Source: an uncultured Gemmatimonadaceae bacterium (GTDB taxonomy: Bacteria > Gemmatimonadota > Gemmatimonadetes > Gemmatimonadales > Gemmatimonadaceae). Taken from it: a stretch of 64,000 nucleotides of DNA. Positions within the stretch are counted from its first letter, which is position 1, and every line of letters starts with the position of its first letter. The notes under the pieces were generated by a model. That model had not been told where the DNA came from. It saw nothing but the letters and a program-made list of their open reading frames with translations, and ran no database searches. Shown piece by piece: positions 29,455 through 40,123 of this stretch. The stretch lies in assembly GCA_963829055.1 (NCBI GenBank), contig CAWHHI010000011.1, positions 128,001 through 192,000 of the forward strand, written 5' to 3'. Both the position numbers and the translations under genes were made by a program.

Positions 29455-29808
29455 CTAGACCCGCTCGTCCACCGCGTCCGGAATGGGCACGAGCATGCGA
29501 GCCCCGTCGGGGCGCTGCGGCTCAGGCTCGGCGTCCAGGCCATGCAGTCGGCGCCAGTAGGCCCGGAGCACGGCGCCGGCCATCTCGTCGCCCTGGGCGA
29601 ACCCACGTGCCGTGAACCACCGTGTGAGCGGAGCGTCTTCCCGCCACAATCCCAGCACGTTGCGAATGGCGAGTCCCAAGCCCCAATGCTCACGATCGAG
29701 CCCCGACTCATCGAGGGAGCGGAGGTACTGTTTGGTGGCGGCGGGAATCAGCGTGTCCAGCGAGTCCAACGCATCGGCGAACGTCGCCGGCCAATTCTGA
29801 CCGGTCAT
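29455..29808 (-). CDS. Hypothetical protein (DUF6794-like)
   Basis: HWGLGLAIRNVLGLW...DEMAGAVLRAYWRRL pattern; overlaps the upstream ORF by ATGA. Confidence 0.6.
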   Translation of the reverse strand: MTGQNWPATFADALDSLDTLIPAATKQYLRSLDESGLDREHWGLGLAIRNVLGLWREDAPLTRWFTARGFAQGDEMAGAVLRAYWRRLHGLDAEPEPQRPDGARMLVPIPDAVDERV

Positions 29809-30044
29809 CCGATCGCGGCGATCGACTTGGCCTCTGCCGAGCCGCCGCCGAAGGACGGGGGAGTCTCGACCTGGCCCTGGACGGGAAGCGCCTCCGACCG
29901 CGCGCGCAGCGCCCGCTCGAGGACCCGCCGTTCGAGCGGGTGCATGGGCGTCGCGGCAATGCGGTTCACGACGGCAGAGAGTCCAGCCTCGCTGTCGACT
30001 CTCGCGATGGCATTGACCAGTTCGAAATACAGCGAAGCGTTCAT
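29805..30044 (-). CDS. Small helical hypothetical protein
   Basis: 79-aa ORF with typical codon usage, translationally coupled to the downstream gene. Confidence 0.5.
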   Translation of the reverse strand: MNASLYFELVNAIARVDSEAGLSAVVNRIAATPMHPLERRVLERALRARSEALPVQGQVETPPSFGGGSAEAKSIAAIG

Positions 30045-30316
30045 AACGCGCTCGTGACTATGTTGGGTGTAGCGACCGATTGCCGCCGCACTTCGCAATC
30101 ACCGCGCCGAGGCCGGTACGTCCCTGATATGAGGCCGGTTAGGCGGCCAACCCGGCGTTTGCCGCACCCGCACTCCCACACACGTGCGCGAATCTCGTCT
30201 AACCGCGCCTAAACGCGCCAGCTTTGGCGCGTGCGCCACATAGTGCTGCACGGAAGCGCCACAAATGTTAGGCGCTCGACCGCTCGGCTCATCGGGTCGA
30301 CGCAGCACACGGATCA

Positions 30317-31276
30317 CTATCGAGGGTCGAGATACAGCTCCGCCTTGAACACGATCACTGCATCGCGACCGATCCGGACGCGCACTGGCACGTCGCCCTC
30401 GATGTCCACCTCGACGTGCACCACGCCGCGTCTGCCAACGCTCGCGCCCTGGGTCGAGAGGAATCGGAAGCCACGGCCGTCATGCTGCACCAGCCGGTGC
30501 TGCACCAGGTAGGCACCGAGCGGCCCGTTCCCGTTCCCCGTCACCGGATCCTCCGCGACGCCAATCGCGGGCGCGAACATGCGGCAGCTCGTGAGGAGAC
30601 GATCGTCACCGGTATCGAACGTGAAAACGTGATACCCGTTGCACGCGATGTCACGGCTCAATGCCGCGAGCGCCGCCATGTCCGGCGAGAGCCCGAACAG
30701 CGTCGCCCGGTCGCGAAGACCGACGATCACCTTCCCGTGCCCCGCCGCGGCAACCTGCACCGGGGCGTTAGGCAACAGCGCGCCGGCGGTCACGCCCAGT
30801 GCCGCCAGGAGCCGCGCCACATGCGCGTCCCGGAGCGGAGGCTCGAAGGTCGGCGGCGCCAGCGTCAACGTCACCTGGTAGTCTCCGCCATCGCGGGTGA
30901 GCGCGACCGGGAGGTCTCCCGCCCTGCCACGTTGTACCACCGTGCCAGCGGGGACCCCGCCAACCACCGCGCGCGTGTAATGCGCCGCGATCGTGGCGTG
31001 CCCGCAGAGAGGCACCTCGGTTTTCGGCGTGAAGTAGCGGATGCGCACGTCGTGCCCCGGACCGTCAGCCGGAAACAGAAACGCCGTCTCGGGATTCCCG
31101 AGCTCGAACGCGATATGCTGCATCTCCGCGTCCGAGAGGTCCGATGCGTCGAGCACGACGCCGGCGGGGTTGCCCGTGAAGCGGTCCTTCGTGAACGCGT
31201 CCACCTGGTAGACGGTCACCGCGCGACGACCGAGCGAGGAGCGCATGGGAGCAACCAGCGTCGTGCTGTCCGCCAC
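30317..31276 (-). CDS. PhzF-family isomerase
   Basis: QVDAFT..GNPAGVV, ETAF, EVPLCGHAT, EDPVTG. Confidence 0.93.
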   Translation of the reverse strand: MADSTTLVAPMRSSLGRRAVTVYQVDAFTKDRFTGNPAGVVLDASDLSDAEMQHIAFELGNPETAFLFPADGPGHDVRIRYFTPKTEVPLCGHATIAAHYTRAVVGGVPAGTVVQRGRAGDLPVALTRDGGDYQVTLTLAPPTFEPPLRDAHVARLLAALGVTAGALLPNAPVQVAAAGHGKVIVGLRDRATLFGLSPDMAALAALSRDIACNGYHVFTFDTGDDRLLTSCRMFAPAIGVAEDPVTGNGNGPLGAYLVQHRLVQHDGRGFRFLSTQGASVGRRGVVHVEVDIEGDVPVRVRIGRDAVIVFKAELYLDPR

Positions 31277-31283
31277 GCAGCGA

Positions 31284-31748
31284 TCAGCGCGAGAATCGAA
31301 GGTCGAGTCGAACCGTGTCCGGCGCGACGCCGTCGGTGACCGCGCGGAATCGCGTGACGAGCGTCGTGGTATCGCGCCAGACCGGATCGCCCGAGCGCGT
31401 GCTCAATACGACGAGACACATTGGCGCCGCCAAGGCGGTGACACGGAGGTCGGACACGAACAGGCCGTCGCGTGGCGGCTGAACGGACCAGTAACCCAGG
31501 AGCTTATCCCCGGTGCAGCCGAATTCACCGCCCGGTTTGCCGTTGAAGAGCACCTGTATGGTGACGATCGCGTTCGCGATCGGGGCACCCGACGCCGTTC
31601 CAGCGCGCCCGATGACCACGAGTGCCTGCTCGCGTGCCTGCTCGGCGGACGTCACCGAGGCGTGCCCGTCGCCGCCACACGCGGTGAGTGCCACGGCACC
31701 GATGAGCGCACACCCAACGGACATGGCTCGGACATTGACGTTAGGCAT
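31284..31748 (-). CDS. Hypothetical lipoprotein
   Basis: Lipobox LTAC after a hydrophobic stretch; start overlaps the stop of the sensor kinase. Confidence 0.55.
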   Translation of the reverse strand: MPNVNVRAMSVGCALIGAVALTACGGDGHASVTSAEQAREQALVVIGRAGTASGAPIANAIVTIQVLFNGKPGGEFGCTGDKLLGYWSVQPPRDGLFVSDLRVTALAAPMCLVVLSTRSGDPVWRDTTTLVTRFRAVTDGVAPDTVRLDLRFSR

Positions 31749-33807
31749 CCCGTCTCCCCCTACTGCGCTCGATGCGGTCGCGAACGGCCGTGGCCAACGC
31801 GTCCAGTGTGAATGGCTTCTGAATCGACACGATCCCGGGCCCGCCAAGCCCCCGTCGCGAGATCTCCTCCGCGCTGTACGCGGACATGAAGAGGATCGGG
31901 ACATTGATCCCCTCCGCCGCCATGCGCGCCGCGAGCTGCTGGCCGTTGACGTTCGGCATCACCAGATCGGAGAGCACGAGGGCCACCTTGCCCGCGTTGG
32001 CCAGGAGATAGTCCAGCGCCACGGCGCCGTTAGGCGCCTGTTGCACGACGTATCCGACGGCCTGCAGCGCCCGCGCGGTGATCGCCCGGACCATGCCTTC
32101 GTCTTCGACGACGAGCACGCATTCGCCCTGCCCGCGCGCCGTCGGGGCGACGCCCTCCTCCACCGCGGGATCGGCGTCGACGAACGGCAGGTACACAGCG
32201 ATGGCCGTTCCCGCGTTGATGCCGCTCTCGATCGTCACGTAGCCGCCCGACTGACGCACGATGCCATACACCATCGACAGTCCCAACCCCGTGCCCTGCC
32301 CGAGCGGCTTGGTCGTGAAGAACGGCTCGAACGCGCGCGCGACGGTCTCCGGCGACATGCCCGTCCCATCATCACGAACCGTGATCCGGACGAACGGGCC
32401 GGGCTCGACCTCATCGATCCGGTGCGCGGCCAGCGTCGTCCGACGCACCTGCACGCGCTCGGCGTGTACCGTCACGACGCCGTTCGTGTGCGTCGCATCG
32501 CGCGCGTTCGCGATCAGGTTGATGAGCACCTGCTCGAACTGACTCCGGTCCGCGATTGCGCGGAGCGCGATCGGCGACGTCCCAATGTCCAGCCGTCGGT
32601 CCGAGCCCAGCATCCGCCGCAACACCGGCGCGAGATCGGCGATGACCGCGTCGATGTCCACGACCGCGGGCTGCAGCACCTGGCGCCGGCTGAACGCGAG
32701 CAGGTGCCGCGTCACCTGCGCGGCCCGACCGCCGGCCTTCACCATCTCCTCGACGTCCGCCCGCTGCGGATGGTCCGCGCCTAACGCCGCGAGCACGAGC
32801 TCACCGAATCCCAGCACCGCCGACATCATGTTGTTGACTTCGTGCGCCATGCCGCCGGCCATCTCACCGACAGCCTGGAGGCGCTGCGCCTCACGGAGCT
32901 TCTGGTCAGCCTGCACGTGATCGTGAATGTCGGTGGTGGACGCAAGCCACTTCTCGCCACCGTCCACGCCATCCTGGATTCTGAGTACCGTCGTCAGGAC
33001 CGTGCGCCACTCGCCGTCATACCGGCAAAGCCGGTGCTCGATCTCGAACTGCTCGACGTGATCGCGCACGGCCGCCAGCCACTCGGCCTTCACGCGCTCG
33101 CGGTCATCGTCGTGGAGCAGTTGCTGCCATCCGTCGCCGTGCAGCGCCTCCGCATCGCGACCCGAGAAGGCAGTCCAGCGCGCGTTGCAATAGTCGACGA
33201 ACCCGGCCCCGTGTGCCGTACAGATGAGCTGCGGCACGGCGTCCGCCAGCGTGCGGTATCGCTTCTCGCTTGCCGTTAGGCGGAGGTTCGCATCGATCGC
33301 CTCGGTGCGCAGGAACGTCTCCGCTTCGAGCCTGCTATCGCGATCGCGAAGCTGCTCGTCACTGGTGCTCCGCTCGTCGTTGACCGCTTGCTTGAGGCGG
33401 ATGACTTCGGTGACATCCTCGACCGAGTGAATGAGATAGGCAACCTCGCCATCAGGGCCGAACACGGGCGAATTCAGTGGGCTCCAGTGTCGTTCCTCGA
33501 ACGCGCCGTTCGGCCGGCGGATGTCGTACTTCTGCACGGGCATGCGATCGGGGCGGCGGGTCTCGAGCGCGCGCAGCAGTGACGCGCGAAGGTTGCGGAC
33601 CCCGTCAGCAGCCGGATCGTCAGGGTTGTCCGGGAAGATCTCGAACAGGCCACGGCCCAGGATCTGATCGCGCGCGGTCATGGTCGCGGCGAGGTACGCG
33701 TCAGAGACGCCGAGGATCCGGAGGTTCGGCGCGAGCAGGAGAAAATTTCCGGGCGCGCCATTGAAGACGGTGTGGTAGTCGGGTCGCGCTGGGTCGTCTG
33801 GTGCCAT
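31741..33807 (-). CDS. PAS-PAS hybrid sensor histidine kinase/receiver
   Basis: Two PAS domains; AHEVNN H-box, NLIANARDA, DDGTGM, FFTTK, GTGLGL; C-terminal receiver (VVEDE, SDLVMP, QKPF). Confidence 0.93.
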   Translation of the reverse strand: MAPDDPARPDYHTVFNGAPGNFLLLAPNLRILGVSDAYLAATMTARDQILGRGLFEIFPDNPDDPAADGVRNLRASLLRALETRRPDRMPVQKYDIRRPNGAFEERHWSPLNSPVFGPDGEVAYLIHSVEDVTEVIRLKQAVNDERSTSDEQLRDRDSRLEAETFLRTEAIDANLRLTASEKRYRTLADAVPQLICTAHGAGFVDYCNARWTAFSGRDAEALHGDGWQQLLHDDDRERVKAEWLAAVRDHVEQFEIEHRLCRYDGEWRTVLTTVLRIQDGVDGGEKWLASTTDIHDHVQADQKLREAQRLQAVGEMAGGMAHEVNNMMSAVLGFGELVLAALGADHPQRADVEEMVKAGGRAAQVTRHLLAFSRRQVLQPAVVDIDAVIADLAPVLRRMLGSDRRLDIGTSPIALRAIADRSQFEQVLINLIANARDATHTNGVVTVHAERVQVRRTTLAAHRIDEVEPGPFVRITVRDDGTGMSPETVARAFEPFFTTKPLGQGTGLGLSMVYGIVRQSGGYVTIESGINAGTAIAVYLPFVDADPAVEEGVAPTARGQGECVLVVEDEGMVRAITARALQAVGYVVQQAPNGAVALDYLLANAGKVALVLSDLVMPNVNGQQLAARMAAEGINVPILFMSAYSAEEISRRGLGGPGIVSIQKPFTLDALATAVRDRIERSRGRRDA

Positions 33808-33955
33808 GACCTCGAGCTCGTTCTGCGGCAGCTTCGCCGGCCGTGCAGGCGAGATGGTACCTCGAAGCTGCGCTCGCCCGAGCGCTACTCAGGCAATGTA
33901 GGTGGCGGCCGGCCACCGCCACCAGACGTTGCGAGCTCGATTCACATGCGCACGA

Positions 33956-34822
33956 CTATTTCGCTGGTGTCATCTCGCGCAGCGTCAGGGCGAGCGACCC
34001 GAGGACCGGCACATGGCTGCGGAGCATCACGAGCGTGCGCGCCGAGTCGTCGGTGAAGTACACCTCGGCGTTGCCGCCCTGCCCGAACAGGCCGCTCGCG
34101 TTGGTGATCGTCGGCTGGACGACGATCGTCTCGAACGTGCCGGCGGGCACCGTGATCGTCCGCTTGCCGACGACGCGGATGATCACGTCACGGCCCGACT
34201 TGAAGTAGCGAGGGATCGTATCCACGTCCCCGACGCGGAGCGGCAGCGTGCGGACGTAGAACAGGAACGACACGTCATCGAGCGGCTCGTCGGTCGAGAG
34301 CGAGTCGACACGACCGCTGAGCGTCTCCCGATACGTCCCCTGCTCCGGCGCGATCTCGTAGCGCCGCTGGCGCGTGTGGCGGAGCTCCTTCTGATTCTGC
34401 TCGAAGCGCCGCGAGACGAACTGCTGCGGGTCGAACCACGAGTCGAATCGGTCGTCGACCTTGGCGAACAAGAGCCCGCCCTTCACCTGCAGCGAGGCGT
34501 GCACTGTATTCCGGCCATCGATTTCTTCCTGACCAATGACCTGAAACGAGCCGGTGCCTACCTGGTGCCCGCGAAGCTCCACGTCGTACACCCCGCGCTC
34601 ACCCATGGCCACGCGATACCCGGAAGCGCTCGCCTTCGGGGCGGAGCTGGCGGCGCTCGGAGTGATCTCAGCGGCCGGGGTCGTGATGCCAGTGCGCGTC
34701 GTGAACGCCTGTGCCTGGGCAACTCCAGCTGATGGCGAGACCAGACCGGCAGCGGCCGCGAGAACGCCAACCAAAGCGAGCCTTACGCGGTCGGTGCGGG
34801 TTGTCGTGGTCGTGGATGTCAT
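33956..34822 (-). CDS. DUF3108-like secreted protein
   Basis: Signal peptide; GERGVYDV, PLDDVSFLFYVR, ITVPAGTF, VYFTDD. Confidence 0.75.
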   Translation of the reverse strand: MTSTTTTTRTDRVRLALVGVLAAAAGLVSPSAGVAQAQAFTTRTGITTPAAEITPSAASSAPKASASGYRVAMGERGVYDVELRGHQVGTGSFQVIGQEEIDGRNTVHASLQVKGGLLFAKVDDRFDSWFDPQQFVSRRFEQNQKELRHTRQRRYEIAPEQGTYRETLSGRVDSLSTDEPLDDVSFLFYVRTLPLRVGDVDTIPRYFKSGRDVIIRVVGKRTITVPAGTFETIVVQPTITNASGLFGQGGNAEVYFTDDSARTLVMLRSHVPVLGSLALTLREMTPAK

Positions 34823-35338
34823 GGTCCTGTCTCCGGTCGAATCGTTGCGACGGGAGCCCGCATTCTCGCGATCAGCCGCGTGAATCGTCGCTCCACTAGT
34901 ACGTCGAAACACGGTCGGCCGGATCGACACGACTTCGCGCGGCGCGCGAGAAAATGTTGTCGGGAGCATTGGATTGCGTCGCATCATAGACCCTCGGTAG
35001 AACGCTCCGCCTGGCGACGGCTGCCCGTTGGCTGCCGCTATTCCGGTGAGCGATTGTACGAGGGGGATGCTACCGAGCGCCCTGGCATAGACCGTCAAGG
35101 CGCCCGTCAAGCCGCTGCGGCGCAACCGCTTGCGGCGAATCACGCGAGTGCCCGCGTGGGGGCGGAACCGCCTTCTCGTTTACTCCGTCACGAGAATGGC
35201 CACGTTTGTGCGTGCGCAGCGGCGGTGCCAATTCTGCCCGTCCAGGTGGATGTCATCGTGCGTCATCGCGTGCCGCGCGGTCGCGTGCAACGGCGCACGT
35301 CGAGGCGGGCACCGCCCCCGGAATTTGGAGGTCTACAC

Positions 35339-36206
35339 ATGCTCCCTCGACGATTCGTACTCGCGCTCGCCGGCCTTGTCCCGATCGTTCAGCGGCTGCG
35401 CACCCGATCAAGCGGTCGCGCCGCTCGCGACGCCAAGCACGCCCAGCGCCATCGTGTTCGGCACGCCCGACGTCACCAACACCTACAGCAACGTCGCCGC
35501 GTTCATTGTCCGCGCACCTGATGGTCGCCTGTTCCCGGTATGCACGGGCACGCTCATCGAGCCGACCGTGGTGCTCACGGCGGCTCATTGTACGTCGTAT
35601 GTGGAGAACGTCCTGGTACCGCGCGGCTATACGGTGTACGTGAGCTTCAGCAACCTGATCTCCTTTGGGTCGCTGACCAACGCTGCCACGACGGCCTCGC
35701 TGATCGCCGTCACGGACATGATCACGAACCCCGACTACAGCCAGCGCCAGAGCGACGTCGGCGATCTCGGCCTCCTGATCCTCGCCCAGGCACCCGCCGG
35801 AATCACCCCCGCGACGCTGCCGACGCTCGGTCTGCTCGACCAGCTTGCGGAACAGAACGGTCTCAAGGGTGCGAGCTTCACGGTCGCGGGGTACGGCGTG
35901 CAGGACCGCGTGGTCGGCGGCGGCCAGCCATCGTTCACGGACGCGAACCCACTCTACCGGGGTTACGCGATCGAGAGCTTCCTCGCGCTCAACAAGGGCT
36001 ACCTGCGGCTCTCTCAGAACCCGGCGACGGGCGACGCCGGAGCCTGCTACGGCGACTCGGGCGGCCCGAACTTCCTGTCGGTGAACGGGCAGCAGATCCT
36101 CGTCGCGGTCACCGTCACGGGCGATGCGGTCTGCCGCGCGACCAATGTCGTGTACCGCCTCGACACGGTGTCGGCACAGACGTTCCTCGCGGCGTACCTG
36201 CCGTGA
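35339..36206 (+). CDS. Trypsin-like (S1) serine protease, probably a lipoprotein (frameshift near 35390)
   Basis: GGAG RBS; IVFG mature N-terminus, CTGTLI, TAAHC, DLGLL, GDSGGP triad. Confidence 0.9.
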
Positions 36207-36299
36207 TTGCCGACGCTGCCTAACGCGCGTCTTCGCGAGACGGCGGCGCAACGTGGTTCACTCACGTTGCGCCGCCGTCTCGTGTCTACCCAGGAACGC

Positions 36300-36800
36300 T
36301 CAGCTCTTGCGACGAAACTCCACGCTGAACTGCTCCTTCCAGCCAGTGTCGGTTTTCGCGCTCGAGACCGCGCGATAGCCGTCAGCACGCCGAGTCCACA
36401 CGGCCGTCATCTCCTGGATGCCCTTGGCGGTCGGCAGGCGTGCCGGGAACAGAATGTCGTCGCCCTGTCGTTTCACGGTGCCGTCGATCATCAGCCCTTC
36501 GACGCTCACGTAGCGCCACGAGATTTCCTTCGTGGCTGGGTTCCAGCCATACAGCGTCTCGCCCTCGTACACATTGCTGCCATCCGCGCCGCGCACGACG
36601 TGATGGTCGCGAATGAACTTCCGACCGTACTTCCACTCGAAGCAGTGTTCGTCCGTCGTCTTGCCGTCGGCGAACGTGCCCACCCAACAATTGCCGACCA
36701 GGAATTCGAGCGGCGAGAAGTCGGCGGCGGCCGGTTGCTGTGCACCGAGACCCGTACCGCCGAGCAGCCCGCACATGACCAACACGACAGCGCGCTTCAT
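36300..36800 (-). CDS. Secreted beta-barrel hypothetical protein
   Basis: Signal peptide; FSPLEFLVGNCWVG lipocalin/DUF1579-like start. Confidence 0.65.
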   Translation of the reverse strand: MKRAVVLVMCGLLGGTGLGAQQPAAADFSPLEFLVGNCWVGTFADGKTTDEHCFEWKYGRKFIRDHHVVRGADGSNVYEGETLYGWNPATKEISWRYVSVEGLMIDGTVKRQGDDILFPARLPTAKGIQEMTAVWTRRADGYRAVSSAKTDTGWKEQFSVEFRRKS

Positions 36801-36831
36801 GCTTCGATCTCACAGGTGAGGTTGACGATAT

Positions 36832-37548
36832 CTAGCTCACCGAGGTGCTTTGCTGGAGACGCGTCAGCGTCCACATGAAGCGCCGGATCTTCGCATAGGC
36901 TTTCATCGAGACGCCGGCGTATCGGCGAAATGACACCGCGAGATGTTTGCGGCTCACATCGAGTTGCTCGTGGAGCGAGGCGACACGCAGGTTGCCGTGC
37001 GCCTGCTCGATGCGCTCGGCCGCAATGCGCACGAACTCCGGCACTGCCTCGCCGTTTGCGCGCTGTGTGCGGAGGAACGTCTCGAGCGCCTCGAACCGAT
37101 TCGCGACCGTCGTCGCGGACAGCGCTCGCTCGCGCAACGCATCGCCGCCCGACTCGATGAACGTGTCGAGATCGACGATCCGATTCACCGACTCGACGAC
37201 CCGACGTCCTAGCAGAGCGACGGCGCCGAGGGCGTGCAATCGCGCGGAGAGGAGATGAGTGCCCGCGAGCGATTCGATGATGATGGCGTGCTCGTGCAGG
37301 CCGGAGAACCAGGCTCGCTCCCATACGCCTTGACCCGTCGCGCTGAGCACGCGGTGCGGTGGGCCGAGGTTGATCATCACCTCGACCGCACCGTTAGGCA
37401 GCAGCGTCTCGCGGAACGCGCTCAGCGCGCCCTCGACTTCCCAGTACTCCAGCACGAGCCCGCGAAGATCATCCGCGGGCTCCGCCCGACTCAGCCGCCA
37501 CGCGCCGGGTGCGGCCGAGAACTGGAATTCCTGCGTTGGACCTGGCAC
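36832..37548 (-). pseudogene. AraC-family regulator (DUF6597-type N-terminus), truncated before the second HTH
   Basis: EYWE..ETLLPNGAVEVMINLG; first HTH present; stops at STSVS* and no GYxDQSH motif follows before the next gene. Confidence 0.65.
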
Positions 37549-37866
37549 GGCGCGGAAAATAGCCCGCGCCAGTGCTTCACATGCAACTCGGCACCTTGCT
37601 CTTCCCCGCAGGTGGCGCGATCGCTGATCGCCACGCGCCTTCAGGCGACCGCGTTAGGCACGGGTCAGTGTCAACTCGCCGGCTGTCGATCGGCGCCTAA
37701 CGTGTACGCGCCGACCCACGGACGCGCGCTACTTCCCCGTCGACCGGCGCGAAACGGTTGTGCTCGCCAATATGCGGTACCGCCAGTCCGACGCGTGCGC
37801 ACCACTCTTGCTACTGGATGCTGCTGCGGGGGCGCACATCGGGCCCGCGCCGAGCCGGGAGGCACA

Positions 37867-38220
37867 ATGCGAATGACGAAACGGGACAAGAGCGACGCGA
37901 CGCGATCGGCGACCGAACGGCGGAAGCGATATCAGCCCGCCGCGATCTACCATCTGGCCGATTCGCTGCGCCGCCAGGGCATCGACCTGGCGACGCGATC
38001 AGGACCCTGGCGCGCGGTCGAGCGCGCACTGCAGAGGCCGGGTCGCAACCGCGTTCCCGTCATTCCGATCGTCACCAACGGACTGGCGCAGGTCATGGTC
38101 GACACCATGGAGCACGCTCGTGACCTGGCCGGCCTCCTCAACTGGTGCGGTGTCGATGATCTGGACCCGGTGCCCGATCTCGTCCCGCCGCCATCGCTGA
38201 AGCTTCAGCTCGCCACGTAG
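37867..38220 (+). CDS. Hypothetical protein
   Basis: GGAGG RBS; 117-aa ORF with coding-like composition. Confidence 0.6.
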   Translation: MRMTKRDKSDATRSATERRKRYQPAAIYHLADSLRRQGIDLATRSGPWRAVERALQRPGRNRVPVIPIVTNGLAQVMVDTMEHARDLAGLLNWCGVDDLDPVPDLVPPPSLKLQLAT

Positions 38221-38236
38221 CGCGTGAGTCGACTCG

Positions 38237-39937
38237 TTAGGGCGTGACGACCACGCCTGAGGTGCGACGCGTGAGCTCCGCGATGTCCACCCCCGGGTCC
38301 TTGCCGCCTCGTCCCTTCGCCTTGTACGGCGAGGTCGGACCCAGCGAGTAGTCGGCTCCGAGTCCGATCGCCGCGACGGTGCGCGGGTACCAGTTGGTCG
38401 CCGGGTAGAGTTTGGAGAACTGCCCTTCGACGCCACCGATGACGTTGCGCTCGAACGACCACGAGCGGTCGCCCGCCATCGCGGTGAACCCCGCACTGTG
38501 CAACTGCCCCCCGTCGTAGTTGACGGCGTAGCCCCCAGGCGCGGTAAACACGTTGTCCGAGATCGCGATGTTACGCGCCGCGCCCCCGGCGTACGCGAAG
38601 GCGAACACCAGCCCGCCGGAGCCGGGCGCGTGGACGAACGTGTTGTGCGAGAGCGTCACGTCGCGGAGCGGATGCGTCCACAGGTTGAGCGCGCCGCGAC
38701 CCTCGGCCCCGATCTGCGCGAAGAGATTGTTCTCGACCGTCACACGCTGCACCCAGACGTTGGTCCGTACCTGCCCGGACTCGTCGTAGGCCTGGAGGTT
38801 CAGCGCGATCGGCGCGTTCCGGACGATGTTCCACTCGAACGTCACGTCGCTCGTGCCCTCCCAGAGGCAGGAGCCGCAGGAGTCCTGCGACGACTTGAAG
38901 ACGATCGCCGATTCCTGCCCGGCGGGCCACGTGTTCTCGAACACGTTCCCCTCGTACAGCACGCGGCGCGCGTTCTTGAGTTCCGTCAGGTTCTTGACCG
39001 TCCACTTTCCGCGCCACGCCGGGTCCTTCGCGACGTGGTTCCGGCGGATGGTGATGTCCGACGGCGAGAGGTTCGCGATGCCCGGATCGGCGCCGCCAAA
39101 CATGATGTTCTCGCCGGCGCCGCCCAGGAAGTTGTTCTCGATGAGGTAAGGCCCGGGCCCGTTCCACCCCTCGATCGCCTGCGAGTCCGAGCCTAACGCG
39201 TGGCACTCGCTGAACCAGGAGTTGATGACGATGGTGTTCGCCGAGTTGAGGGCGAGGCACCGGGTGGAGTTGAGCGTCGGCGAGCCGTGGATGTAGACGC
39301 GGTCGAGAATGATGTCCCGAGGCACCGCCGCGAGCGTCGTCTGCGTTTGCCCCGCCGGCTTGTCACCGCCATCTCCGAGCCACACGAGCCCGTACTGCAT
39401 CGACGTGACCGGGAGCGTGCCAGTGACTTCGATACCGACCAGGCGCCACCCACACGTCGGGTTCTTGGTCCGGAGCGCTGGTTCGTGATTCGGCGTGATG
39501 AGCTTCGGGAGCGCAGCCGCCGCGCGCGGCGTTAGGCGCTCACCCTCCGGCGTCGTGAGGCCCGCGCCGACGATCGTCACCCAACCGGTGCAGGACCTGG
39601 CGGGAAGGGTAAAATTGCCGCGAAATGTCCCGCTGAGGATGAGGCTGTCACCCGCGACGGCCTTGTTGAGCGCGGCCTGCAGGTTCTGCGGCGCCGAGAC
39701 GCGCTTCGTCGCACTGGACTTTGGCACGGTGAGGGCCGGCACGGCGCGCGGCCGCTCGGCACGCGCGGGATCCGCTGAGCCCACGGTGCCTGGTACCGAC
39801 GCCGAATCGTTGCGCGCCTGGGCCGCGAACTGCTCGGCGACCTTCACAGCGGGGCCAGTGTCGGACGCGGTGTTCTGCGCACCGAGCGGGGCCGCAATGA
39901 GGGCGAGCGAGAGAGCCAATCGGAGACAGAGCGGCAT
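38237..39937 (-). CDS. Secreted right-handed beta-helix (pectin lyase-like) protein
   Basis: Signal peptide; LQAALNKAVAGD, repeated I.NN.F turns, GENIMFGG, ELKNARRV. Confidence 0.8.
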   Translation of the reverse strand: MPLCLRLALSLALIAAPLGAQNTASDTGPAVKVAEQFAAQARNDSASVPGTVGSADPARAERPRAVPALTVPKSSATKRVSAPQNLQAALNKAVAGDSLILSGTFRGNFTLPARSCTGWVTIVGAGLTTPEGERLTPRAAAALPKLITPNHEPALRTKNPTCGWRLVGIEVTGTLPVTSMQYGLVWLGDGGDKPAGQTQTTLAAVPRDIILDRVYIHGSPTLNSTRCLALNSANTIVINSWFSECHALGSDSQAIEGWNGPGPYLIENNFLGGAGENIMFGGADPGIANLSPSDITIRRNHVAKDPAWRGKWTVKNLTELKNARRVLYEGNVFENTWPAGQESAIVFKSSQDSCGSCLWEGTSDVTFEWNIVRNAPIALNLQAYDESGQVRTNVWVQRVTVENNLFAQIGAEGRGALNLWTHPLRDVTLSHNTFVHAPGSGGLVFAFAYAGGAARNIAISDNVFTAPGGYAVNYDGGQLHSAGFTAMAGDRSWSFERNVIGGVEGQFSKLYPATNWYPRTVAAIGLGADYSLGPTSPYKAKGRGGKDPGVDIAELTRRTSGVVVTP

Positions 39938-40123
39938 TGTTCGGCACCTTGCGAACTCGGGCGTGGAGCGTCGTCGACAGGTCGGCCGGCCAGTGCCAGT
40001 CAACCGCCGCGACGAGGAAGACGCGCACGCGACGCTTCGGTCTGGTGCACACAATGAACGATGGCGTCCAGTAGCGCTCGGAGGGGAGGGCGATTTCGAG
40101 GAAGTGATAGAGCCAGTACCCCA

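Noticed and set aside
30197..30273. GTCTAAC...GTTAGGC pair as an integron attC site
   Set aside because: Inner L boxes do not pair well, there is no integrase or cassette array, and the motif is common throughout the window
30317..31276. Phenazine biosynthesis
   Set aside because: Lone PhzF-family gene with no other phz genes
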